Shown here piece after piece: positions 46,140 through 54,003 of a stretch of DNA of 64,000 nucleotides (its first letter is position 1; the number at the start of each line of letters is the position of its first letter). The notes beneath the pieces are model-generated. The model saw only the letters and a list, made by a program, of their open reading frames with translations, did no database searches and was not told the DNA's origin. This DNA comes from an uncultured Candidatus Saccharibacteria bacterium (GTDB lineage: Bacteria; Patescibacteriota; Minisyncoccia; Phycocordibacterales; Phycocordibacteraceae), in NCBI GenBank assembly GCA_964357395.1, contig CAYHLC010000003.1, positions 14,080-78,079 of the forward strand, written 5' to 3'. Made by a program: the position numbers and the translations under genes.

Positions 46140-46899
46140 TCTCCTCCCACAGGTTCTTAAACAATTTGCGCATGTTGTCGGCATACACAGCGTCGTGAAG
46201 TTCAATGAGGTAGTGGGGCTTCTGCTTCGACATGATCATAATCGAGTAGTCGCCCACGATCCATTGTGTTTCGGTAAAGTCGAATCCCTTTTTCCAAAAC
46301 TTAATACTCCGGTTCGCGTACTGGTCTGCGGTCATCTTGGTCTCTATCTCCGAGTCGTTGGACAGCAGGTACAGCTTCGTTTCTGGATAGGACTTCCAAT
46401 ACCACTGTATCCATTTGCCAAACACTGCATGCTCAATGAGCGAGTGGTCCTGAAACCCATACCAGTCGGGATTGCCCCCCTTCTCTGACTCGCGCCATAC
46501 ATGCACACGCTCGTAGAGGAACTCCTCTACTTTGGCCTCATGCTCGACAAAGCGGATCTTAGGAATAGCATACGTCTTCGATTGCGGCAGTGACTCCAAG
46601 CCCTTAGCTATCTCCTGCAAGGCCAGCTCTTTGTTGATAAGTGCTTGCCGCTCCTTCCGTGCGACCTTAACTAACTCCTTGGGTGGGGTAGGGTAGTAGT
46701 AAGTCACGCCCTTAAGGGTGTCCTCTTGCACAAAGCCCTTGCTGAGGAGCTCTTTGCATACCGCGTATACGGTAGTCCTGTTCATGCCCGTTTCCGCACT
46801 AAGGCGGACGGGCGTTACCTTGCCGGCACTAATGACAGCGCTGTAGATGGTGCGTTGGTTGTCGCTGAGGCCAAGGACCAAGAGCTCATCGTCAAACAT
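46132..46899 (-). CDS. TrmB-family transcriptional regulator #6
   Basis: LGLSDNQRTIY...GMNRTTVYAVCKELLSKGFV; PKIRF; WIVGDY...YADNMRKLFKNLW; TTGACA-N18-TAGACT-N6-ATG. Confidence 0.88.
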   Translation of the reverse strand: MFDDELLVLGLSDNQRTIYSAVISAGKVTPVRLSAETGMNRTTVYAVCKELLSKGFVQEDTLKGVTYYYPTPPKELVKVARKERQALINKELALQEIAKGLESLPQSKTYAIPKIRFVEHEAKVEEFLYERVHVWRESEKGGNPDWYGFQDHSLIEHAVFGKWIQWYWKSYPETKLYLLSNDSEIETKMTADQYANRSIKFWKKGFDFTETQWIVGDYSIMIMSKQKPHYLIELHDAVYADNMRKLFKNLWEEIK

Positions 46900-47084
46900 G
46901 CACCAAGTCTATCCGAGTTCACCCTATGTTGTCAAGCACAACACAACACAATAATACGTTGATGCATATGACTATTTTTGCAGAATTTGGCTTAAATTCG
47001 TGTCCAATATGACAATCATAACTAAAAATGTCAAACTATACTCATCACGGAAGCATGCACCGTGATTAGCAACTAAAAATAACT

Positions 47085-47195
47085 ATGGAAAAGAAAAAGA
47101 ATAGACCAGATATAAGCAACCTCTTCTACTTACTCCCGTTTGCTCCCATCGCACTAGTAAACCTAGTAGTGACTGGGAATCCATTCGGCAACTAA
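47085..47195 (+). CDS. Hydrophobic microprotein (36 aa)
   Basis: Manual: MEKKKNRPDISNLFYLLPFAPIALVNLVVTGNPFGN; TATACT and a 5' hairpin upstream. Confidence 0.45.
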   Translation: MEKKKNRPDISNLFYLLPFAPIALVNLVVTGNPFGN

Positions 47196-47206
47196 TCAAA
47201 AAATAT

Positions 47207-47392
47207 ATGAGCGAAAAATTTGAAGTCGGTGGAGACCTCTACGATAATCCAATTGAAGATCAGATGGATGCGGATGAGATGAGGGAGCAGTATCGATATC
47301 CAGACAGAAATCCGAAGGCTTGGAAGCAACTTGCCGCAGCCCTCGTTGTTTGCTCCGTCGTTACCTCAATTACTTGGTCAATGACGCCATAG
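47207..47392 (+). CDS. Tail-anchored microprotein (61 aa)
   Basis: Acidic N-terminus, ...KAWKQLAAALVVCSVVTSITWSMTP. Confidence 0.55.
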   Translation: MSEKFEVGGDLYDNPIEDQMDADEMREQYRYPDRNPKAWKQLAAALVVCSVVTSITWSMTP

Positions 47393-47407
47393 CAATTCTG
47401 CAATAAG

Positions 47408-47444
47408 TAAACAAAAACCACCCATTTAGGGCGGTTTTTGTTTA
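47408..47444. terminator. Bidirectional intrinsic terminator
   Basis: TAAACAAAAACCaCCC-attta-GGGcGGTTTTTGTTTA. Confidence 0.75.
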
Positions 47445-48560
47445 GTGAGTGTGGTTGGGGTCGGAGTGGTCTCCCTCGACTTCGCTCGGGACAGGGTGCC
47501 CTTCGTGCGAATGTGCGGGCTTCTCCTCCGCAGCAGCTACTGCTGGCTTGGGGGCGGCGAGGCCGAAGAGCGACCAGATTTTCTCGCGTATGCTCACTTC
47601 GGCAGCATACTGGTGCGCACGATCGTCCGGTACTCCTTGGTGCATGAGCGCGTGCGCGACGCGGTGTGTCTCATCATTGTCCGGTGTCAGCTTTTCCTCT
47701 CCTGCGATCTTAGCAAACACAAGGTCCAAGGCCACACGCTTCTCTGCCTGAGGGCGGAGCTCGGCTAAGACCTCCTCCTCTGACATACCGCGTTTCGCTA
47801 GGTACTCGTTAAACGGCATTCCTTGCCCTGCAATATTCTTCTTGGTGCTCTCGAGCATTGCACGCGTTTCGTCCTCGAGCATAACAAGGGGGAAGTCGAT
47901 GGTTGCCTCCTTGACCAGTGCGTCTGCAACCGCGCCGCGCTTCCGCTGCCCGTCATAGTTCTCAACTGCGCGGTCCGACTCCATATCTAGGAAGTGCTCC
48001 AGGGCCTTCACATTTTCAAACCCAAGCTTCTTGGCGTCCTCCTCCGCCAAGGCTACGGAGGACACGTCACCATCCTTCTCTGGGACTTTGCCCACCATTG
48101 TAAGCACTTGCATCATCAATGACTTGCGTGCCTCACCCTTCTCCTTCGGCTCGTCGAGTTTCTCTAACTTTTTCAGTGCTGCCTCGCCGATCTTTTTGTA
48201 GTCCTTAATCTCCGCCTTCGGTGGGGTTGTGATATGCACTGTAAAGGGGACATCGGTCTGTTCGGCGGAAACCTCCAGTGATATAGACGGCGGCAAGATT
48301 GGTATGAGGCTGTGCTCCTTCAGTACATCACCGAGCCCATCGCGGAGTGCGTCCTCGGCCGCCTCGCGCCAGATCGACTTGGGGCCGAGCTCCTGCAACA
48401 CGCGCTCCACAGGCGCCTTACCCTTCCGAAAGCCGGGGAGCTCGACCTCGCGGACGACTCTGTCCAAGGCCTTTTTGAAGTGTGCGTCTATCTCAGCGAC
48501 CGCGAGTGTCCCAGTGATAACCGCTTCCGCGTGCGGCTTCTTGTCTACTTTTGATTGCAT
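47442..48560 (-). CDS. tig: Trigger factor (short; apparently lacks the FKBP domain)
   Basis: Ribosome-binding signature LPGFRKGKAP; C-domain ...QAEKRVALDLVF..IA..E.L. Confidence 0.9.
   Translation of the reverse strand: MQSKVDKKPHAEAVITGTLAVAEIDAHFKKALDRVVREVELPGFRKGKAPVERVLQELGPKSIWREAAEDALRDGLGDVLKEHSLIPILPPSISLEVSAEQTDVPFTVHITTPPKAEIKDYKKIGEAALKKLEKLDEPKEKGEARKSLMMQVLTMVGKVPEKDGDVSSVALAEEDAKKLGFENVKALEHFLDMESDRAVENYDGQRKRGAVADALVKEATIDFPLVMLEDETRAMLESTKKNIAGQGMPFNEYLAKRGMSEEEVLAELRPQAEKRVALDLVFAKIAGEEKLTPDNDETHRVAHALMHQGVPDDRAHQYAAEVSIREKIWSLFGLAAPKPAVAAAEEKPAHSHEGHPVPSEVEGDHSDPNHTH
47472..47495 (-). repeat. Palindromic element in frame within the tig C-terminal tail
   Basis: cctgTCCC-GAGCGAAGTCGA-GGGA encoding PVPSEVEG. 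Confidence 0.5.
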
Positions 48561-48569
48561 CAACCGATA

Positions 48570-48884
48570 TTACTCGGTTTCGACGCTTGCGTCCACTTCG
48601 GCGACGGCTTGGTCGACTGCGGTGAAGTCTGTTGCCTCGAGATCGGCCATGATAGCTGCAGCAGCATCATCAGAGCCCTGGTTCATCAGTGCTTCAATAG
48701 AGCGCTGGTCACCCTCGGCAGTATCATTGGTGCGTACGTCCTCGATGCTTTGTGTGAGGTAGTAGATACCGCCCAAGGCGAGGATGATGATAATGACGAT
48801 GATAGCAATGACTGGGCCGGTGCCGCCACCACCACCGCTACTCTTTGGCATCTGCGGCTCGTTGTTCATTTCAATCGGTTCCAT
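48570..48884 (-). CDS. Small single-TM protein
   Basis: GPVIAIIVIIIILALGGIYYL followed by an acidic tail (SDD..AI.ADL). Confidence 0.7.
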   Translation of the reverse strand: MEPIEMNNEPQMPKSSGGGGGTGPVIAIIVIIIILALGGIYYLTQSIEDVRTNDTAEGDQRSIEALMNQGSDDAAAAIMADLEATDFTAVDQAVAEVDASVETE

Positions 48885-48886
48885 AG

Positions 48887-49633
48887 TTACTTAGTGAGTG
48901 TTCGTAATGCTTCGCGGATCAGGTCCATTGCAGATTTGAGGTGCTCGTTATTAATGGTATGTATCGCGTCCTTTGCAGCTGCGAATGTCTCCTTGGTCGA
49001 CTCGCCCTGTACTGCATCGATACCCGCCTTCAGCTCATCAAGAAGGGCACGTGCGGCCTCCAGCTCCGCTTTTGCCTCAGCAATCAGCGCCTCGGCAGCC
49101 GAGGTGTCCTTATCTCCCATCTTGCTGAGTCTTGCCTCGACGCGGTCGATGAGTCTCTCTGCACGAGTGATACCAGCTTCGAGGAACACCAGTGAGCGCT
49201 TGATGGACGATCGTGCACGTTCGATTGTTGGATTCTTTCGCATTGCTCCGCCTAGATCCCTTGCCGTTGTGGTCGACCCGTCTCTGAGGAGGAAGATAGG
49301 TGTTCGCGGCTTGGTCGACGACGAGGTGTCGTTATGCAGCGGAACTACCTTACGCACAGGTGGCGTGGTGCTCGCGCCCTCCTTCGGAACTAGCGGCCCG
49401 TCCTCGCAGGTGCCTCGATGCTTAATTACTGCTCCCGCCGCTCGTGCCTCGCAGTCGCTGCTATACGTCTTGTCGCTCTCACTACACACTGGTGCGTAGT
49501 TAGCGGGACAGACGGTTACAAAATCTGGTCGTAGTATCGGCTTGATCATTCCTGGTGTCGCCGAGTCTACGGTTACCGCGTGCACCGTTCCTGCAGCAGC
49601 GAGGAGTATGAGTAGGATGAGGGCCTTGTACAT
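48887..49633 (-). CDS. Secreted protein with a Kazal-type protease inhibitor domain and coiled coil
   Basis: Signal peptide (VHA); CPANYAPVCSESDKTYSSDCEA...GTC. Confidence 0.75.
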   Translation of the reverse strand: MYKALILLILLAAAGTVHAVTVDSATPGMIKPILRPDFVTVCPANYAPVCSESDKTYSSDCEARAAGAVIKHRGTCEDGPLVPKEGASTTPPVRKVVPLHNDTSSSTKPRTPIFLLRDGSTTTARDLGGAMRKNPTIERARSSIKRSLVFLEAGITRAERLIDRVEARLSKMGDKDTSAAEALIAEAKAELEAARALLDELKAGIDAVQGESTKETFAAAKDAIHTINNEHLKSAMDLIREALRTLTK

Positions 49634-49639
49634 ATGAAA

Positions 49640-49671
49640 AGAGTCAGTTAGTTATAACTGACTCTAGTATA
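49640..49671 (-). promoter_or_regulatory. -10 box followed by an 11-bp inverted repeat (operator or attenuator)
   Basis: Minus strand TATACT-AGAGTCAGTTA-taac-TAACTGACTCT-ttt..ATG. Confidence 0.5.
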
Positions 49672-49687
49672 TCGTGCCCAGGAGGCA

Positions 49688-50224
49688 CTATTTCTTGTCC
49701 TCCTGATAGCGAGCGATACAGTCCTTGATAACAGCGATAGCGTCCTCGGGGCCACCATAGCCGAGGACCTTGGTGGTACCTCGCTTTTTGAGGTCCTTGT
49801 AGGTGTTGAAGTGGTACTCTACCTTGTTCTTCCACTGCTCGCCGAGGTCGTCTAAGCTCTGAATACGGTTGCCACTGTCCCTATCGTCCGCGGGGACGCA
49901 GATGATCTTGTGGTCCTTTTCGCCATCATCCTCGAAGTTTAGGACGCCAATAACCTTGGCGCTGAGGACTACACCAGTTGGGATTGGCTCGGAGGTGATG
50001 ACCAGTGTGTCCAGCTCGTCACCATCCTCGTCCAGAGTCCCGGGGATGAAGCCGTAGTTAGACGGCTTCTGGAAGATCTCCGGCTCCACGCGGTCGAGCT
50101 CAAAGGTGCACTTTGTGCGGTTGTACTCGATCTTCAGTATCGAACCCTTGGGGATCTCGATCACCGTCGTCACTAGCAGCTCATCCAGATTGCCGGGCGT
50201 GTAGAGTGCGTTGTAGTCAGTCAT
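49688..50224 (-). CDS. ppa: Inorganic pyrophosphatase (family I)
   Basis: IEIPKGS..K.EY, NYGFIPGTLDEDGDELD, DDGEKDHK, F..YKDL. Confidence 0.95.
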   Translation of the reverse strand: MTDYNALYTPGNLDELLVTTVIEIPKGSILKIEYNRTKCTFELDRVEPEIFQKPSNYGFIPGTLDEDGDELDTLVITSEPIPTGVVLSAKVIGVLNFEDDGEKDHKIICVPADDRDSGNRIQSLDDLGEQWKNKVEYHFNTYKDLKKRGTTKVLGYGGPEDAIAVIKDCIARYQEDKK

Positions 50225-50226
50225 AG

Positions 50227-51402
50227 TTATTCTGCCTTAGGCTCCTCTACTGTACCAGATTCTGGTGCAGCTTCGGCAACTGTCTCGCCTTCAGGTGCAC
50301 CTGCAGCGTGGATATCGATAGCCCAGCCGGTCAGCTTTGCTGCAAGTCGGACATTCTGTCCGCCGCGGCCGATAGCGAGCGACTGTTGGTCGGTGGTTAC
50401 CTCTACCTGAGCGCGCTTGTCAGCCTCGTTCAGTGTGACAGAGATGACTGATGCGGGCGCGAGAGCGTCCTCGATGAGCTGTGCCGCGTTGTCGGTGTAC
50501 TCCATGATGTCGATACGCTCACCGCCGAGCTCGGACATAACCGTGTTAACACGGACGCCGCGCTGGCCAACCAGGGTTCCGACTGGGTCGATACGGGGGT
50601 CGGTCGATGTGACTGCGAGCTTGGTGCGGCCGCCTGCCTCACGGGCGAGCGTCTTGATAACCACAACACCGGAGGCGAGCTCCGGTACCTCGCGAGCGAA
50701 CAACTTTTCCAAAAACTTAGGGTGCGCGCGCGACAAGCGGAGGTACACGCCACGGGTACCCTCCTCTACGGAAAAGAGGTACGCCGAGATGCGCTCGCCT
50801 GGTCGGTAACGCTCGCCGGGGATCTGCTCGTGGTACGGCATGATGCCGGTCGTGCGACCAAGATCTATGTAGAGGTTGCCGCGCTCGGTGCGCTGCACAA
50901 CGCCGTTGACGATATCGCCCTCCTTGCCACCAAACTCTTGCACGACGGCTGCACGCTCGGCCTCACGGATCTTGTTGATGATCACTTGCTTAGCAGTTTG
51001 TGCGGCAATGCGGCCGAAGTCGGTACGCTTTTCGAGTGGAAAGACTATTTCGTCACCGAGTGTGGCACCGCGCTTGATACGCGCAGCGTCCTCAACAAGG
51101 ATGTGCTCTTCGTCGCTGTAGAGTGGATATGGCTTTTCGGTCGCTGGATCGGTGCGCTCCTCGTCGTTCTCGCTCATCCGGACTGTCGTAGGGTCTACCA
51201 CCGTCTTGACTTGGTAAAAGTCGACATCACCAGTCTCTGCGTTGAAGTGGGCCTTGATGACCTGCTCCTTCTTGCCGAACTCGCGCTTGTACGCGCTGCC
51301 TAAGGCGAGCTCGAGAGCCTCGAGCATGCGCTCGCGCGGAATACCGCGCTCGTCGGCGAGCTGCTGTATAACCAAGTTCATTGTTTTCAAATCGAATTCC
51401 AT
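50227..51402 (-). CDS. nusA: Transcription factor NusA
   Basis: FGRIAAQTAKQVI, AREAGGRTK, DPVGTLVGQRG, AIGRGGQNVRLAAKLTGW. Confidence 0.98.
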   Translation of the reverse strand: MEFDLKTMNLVIQQLADERGIPRERMLEALELALGSAYKREFGKKEQVIKAHFNAETGDVDFYQVKTVVDPTTVRMSENDEERTDPATEKPYPLYSDEEHILVEDAARIKRGATLGDEIVFPLEKRTDFGRIAAQTAKQVIINKIREAERAAVVQEFGGKEGDIVNGVVQRTERGNLYIDLGRTTGIMPYHEQIPGERYRPGERISAYLFSVEEGTRGVYLRLSRAHPKFLEKLFAREVPELASGVVVIKTLAREAGGRTKLAVTSTDPRIDPVGTLVGQRGVRVNTVMSELGGERIDIMEYTDNAAQLIEDALAPASVISVTLNEADKRAQVEVTTDQQSLAIGRGGQNVRLAAKLTGWAIDIHAAGAPEGETVAEAAPESGTVEEPKAE

Positions 51403-51403
51403 A

Positions 51404-51438
51404 GTAGTAGGTAGTTAATAGTTGATAGTGGGTAGTCA
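51404..51438. repeat. Heptamer tandem repeat (RTAGTNN x5) in the nusA leader
   Basis: gtagtag gtagtta atagttg atagtgg gtagtca. Confidence 0.5.
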
Positions 51439-51448
51439 GTGGCCTTAT

Positions 51449-51475
51449 AAAAAAGAGCCCGCGATGCGCGGACCC
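51449..51475 (-). terminator. Leader terminator/attenuator upstream of nusA
   Basis: GGGTCCGCG-cat-CGCGGGCTC-TTTTTT between the promoter and the nusA ATG. Confidence 0.7.
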
Positions 51476-51497
51476 GTAGGAGGAAACTGACCTTGCA

Positions 51498-51526
51498 AGT
51501 GTATCGCGTATGGCACCAGTTGTCAA
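51498..51526 (-). promoter_or_regulatory. nusA promoter
   Basis: TTGACA-N17-TACACT. Confidence 0.7.
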
Positions 51527-51585
51527 TCCACAGTTTATAGGGGTGCTACAGTAGGGGGACATTACTAAAGTTCATTCGTACAACT

Positions 51586-51690
51586 ATGTCGGAAGAAACA
51601 GACGCACCTGCAGATGATGCAGCTGCAACACCACCTCCAATGCCTGAAGAGGAGGAGAAGGTGGAGCCAGAACCAGAAGAGGCCATGTAA
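51586..51690 (+). CDS. Acidic microprotein (34 aa)
   Basis: Manual: MSEETDAPADDAAATPPPMPEEEEKVEPEPEEAM; TGcTACAGT upstream, terminator directly after. Confidence 0.55.
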   Translation: MSEETDAPADDAAATPPPMPEEEEKVEPEPEEAM

Positions 51691-51691
51691 T

Positions 51692-51719
51692 CAAAAACCC
51701 GCCTTTCGGCGGGTTTTTG
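51692..51719. terminator. Bidirectional intrinsic terminator
   Basis: CAAAAACCCGCC-tttc-GGCGGGTTTTTG. Confidence 0.85.
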
Positions 51720-51728
51720 TATACTGGG

Positions 51729-51872
51729 CTAATCAAGTGGTAGTGGTAGCTGCTCCTCATCATCTGGCTCGAAACCCGGGAGCCACGGCTCCTCAACAGG
51801 ATCCGGTGCCCCTTCGGTAAGAGAGACAGAACTCCCTTCCGAGGAGAGGGATGAGATTTTTTCTAGGCCCAT
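51729..51872 (-). CDS. Acidic microprotein (47 aa) with C-terminal QLPLPL
   Basis: Manual: MGLEKISSLSSEGSSVSLTEGAPDPVEEPWLPGFEPDDEEQLPLPLD; ends at the shared terminator. Confidence 0.5.
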   Translation of the reverse strand: MGLEKISSLSSEGSSVSLTEGAPDPVEEPWLPGFEPDDEEQLPLPLD

Positions 51873-51969
51873 ATAATTTGCTAGCTACTAATCTAGCCCA
51901 ATTGTCCCACCCAGAGCGCACAGCGCCAGAGCCGCACGGGGATAAGTTTTTTTCGTATACAATTACTGA

Positions 51970-53709
51970 ATGCAAGTAGTTGATGAGCAGCTGAAGAAGT
52001 TTGTGATCGACTCTGGCTTAGTCAGCCGGAAGGATGTAGATGCTGCAGAAAAGGAGGCCGAGGAGCACAAGATGTCGCTCTCAGACACACTCGTGTCACG
52101 CGGCTCGGTCGGCGAGGACGATATGCGCCGCATGCACGCCCACATGATGGGCATCCCGTTCGTGTCCCTCGCGGGGCTCAAGATCGACTTTAAGGTGCTC
52201 GCACTCATCCCGGAGCCTATTGCTCGCACGCACAATATTGTGGCGTACAAGAGGACTGACACGACGCTCGAGATCGCGATGCTCGACACCTCGGACCTTA
52301 CTGCTATCGACTTTATCAAGAAGAAGGTGGGCCTCAAGATCCAGCCACGCTTGACCGACGCTGCCTCGATGAAGGGTGCCCTCGTGCAGTACCAAAAGTC
52401 CCTCAAGGACGAGTTCGGTGATATCATCCGCACCGCCTCGCGCGCGCTCGGCATGGCAGCAGCAGAGACAGACGCCAAGGGTTTGGAGCGCATGGCCGAG
52501 GACGTGCCGGTGGTTAAGATCGTGGACACGCTCCTCCGCCACGCAATAACGCAAAACGCGTCCGATATTCATATTGAGCCGATGGAGGACAAGCTCTTGA
52601 TCCGCTACCGCATCGATGGACTGTTGCATGACGCGATGGAGCTGCCCCCTGCAACTACTCCTGCTATTACTGCACGCATCAAGGTCCTCAGCCGACTGAA
52701 ACTAGACGAAAAGCGCCTGCCGCAGGACGGGCGCTTCAAAATTGAGGCAGACAACGAGGCGGTATCGTTCCGCGTCTCCGTCTTGCCAACCTACTATGGC
52801 GAGAAGACCGTTATGCGCCTCCTCCGAGAGGGCGGCGGCGGGTACACACTGGAGTCACTCGGCTTTCATGGCGCGGGGCTCGAGCATATCTATGACGCGA
52901 CCAAGCAGTCGACGGGCATGATCCTCGTCACTGGCCCAACTGGATCGGGAAAGACGACCACGCTCTATACCATTCTGGATATCCTCAACCAGCCCGACGT
53001 CAACATCTCTACTATCGAAGACCCGATCGAATACCAGATGGCACGCGTCAACCAGACGCAGGTACGGCCCGACATCGGCTTCACCTTCGCAAACGGCCTC
53101 CGTGCTCTCGTGCGTCAGGACCCAGACATCATTATGGTGGGCGAGATCCGCGACACCGAGACGGCGGGCCTTGCGGTCAACGCGGCATTGACCGGCCACC
53201 TTGTGCTCTCAACCGTGCACACCAACTCCGCGTCCGCCACTATTCCGCGCCTTAACGACATGGGCGCCGAGTCGTTCCTCCTCGTCTCAACCCTTCGTGT
53301 CATCATCGGTCAGCGCCTCGTGAGGAAGCTCACGAGCGACCGCGAGCCGTACGAACTAACCAAAGACGAGCTCGTACTCTTGGAGAAGAAGGTGGACCTC
53401 GAGCGCATCCTGTCAGTCTTGAAGGAGGAAAAGCACCTGCCCGCAAAGGCGACGATCAAGGACATACCGTTTTTCAAACCGAAGGAGAACGGCGAGACTG
53501 CAGAGGGGTACAAGGCCCGTATCGGCATCCACGAAATCCTGCCCGTCTCGCACGAGATTCGGAACCTGATACTGAAGGGCGCGCCCGGCGACGACATCGA
53601 GGCGCAGGCCAAGCACGAGGGGATGCTGACCATGCTCGAGGACGGCATCTACAAGGCCGCGCTCGGTATCACCACTATCGAGGAAGTCCTCCGCGTCGTG
53701 TCGGAGTAA
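51970..53709 (+). CDS. pilB: Type IV pilus assembly ATPase PilB/GspE
   Basis: ASDIHIEP, RLPQDGRF, GPTGSGKTTTLY, TIEDPIEY, RQDPDIIMVGEIRD, TGHLVLSTVH. Confidence 0.95.
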   Translation: MQVVDEQLKKFVIDSGLVSRKDVDAAEKEAEEHKMSLSDTLVSRGSVGEDDMRRMHAHMMGIPFVSLAGLKIDFKVLALIPEPIARTHNIVAYKRTDTTLEIAMLDTSDLTAIDFIKKKVGLKIQPRLTDAASMKGALVQYQKSLKDEFGDIIRTASRALGMAAAETDAKGLERMAEDVPVVKIVDTLLRHAITQNASDIHIEPMEDKLLIRYRIDGLLHDAMELPPATTPAITARIKVLSRLKLDEKRLPQDGRFKIEADNEAVSFRVSVLPTYYGEKTVMRLLREGGGGYTLESLGFHGAGLEHIYDATKQSTGMILVTGPTGSGKTTTLYTILDILNQPDVNISTIEDPIEYQMARVNQTQVRPDIGFTFANGLRALVRQDPDIIMVGEIRDTETAGLAVNAALTGHLVLSTVHTNSASATIPRLNDMGAESFLLVSTLRVIIGQRLVRKLTSDREPYELTKDELVLLEKKVDLERILSVLKEEKHLPAKATIKDIPFFKPKENGETAEGYKARIGIHEILPVSHEIRNLILKGAPGDDIEAQAKHEGMLTMLEDGIYKAALGITTIEEVLRVVSE

Positions 53710-53934
53710 TTAGGCGTCGTTGCCAAACCAGCTAGAGAGCGGGCGCCTCTTTTTTGGTGTGATAAGCGAGTATGCCTCTCGGGACACGCTGCCAACAAAA
53801 ATCGCACCTTTCCTTGTCAGCCACCATACGAGCAAGATGCCAGGCGCTGCAAGGAGTGCAATAAGTCCGCCAGTTGCTAATACCTGCCCAACTACGTCAC
53901 TCTCAGTTGCCGACTGCAAAACTTCGTGTGCCAT
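53710..53934 (-). CDS. Small single-TM hypothetical protein
   Basis: 74 aa; stop abuts the pilB stop. Confidence 0.5.
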   Translation of the reverse strand: MAHEVLQSATESDVVGQVLATGGLIALLAAPGILLVWWLTRKGAIFVGSVSREAYSLITPKKRRPLSSWFGNDA

Positions 53935-54003
53935 GGAGTGTTGTTAGGACTAATAGTCCCACTATACATAACCAGCGACCAGTGCACGGGGTACGATGTG
54001 TAT

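Noticed and set aside
34173-47018. TGACAA(T/C)A as a TrmB operator
   Set aside because: Most copies lie 17-18 nt from a -10 hexamer and are better explained as -35 boxes
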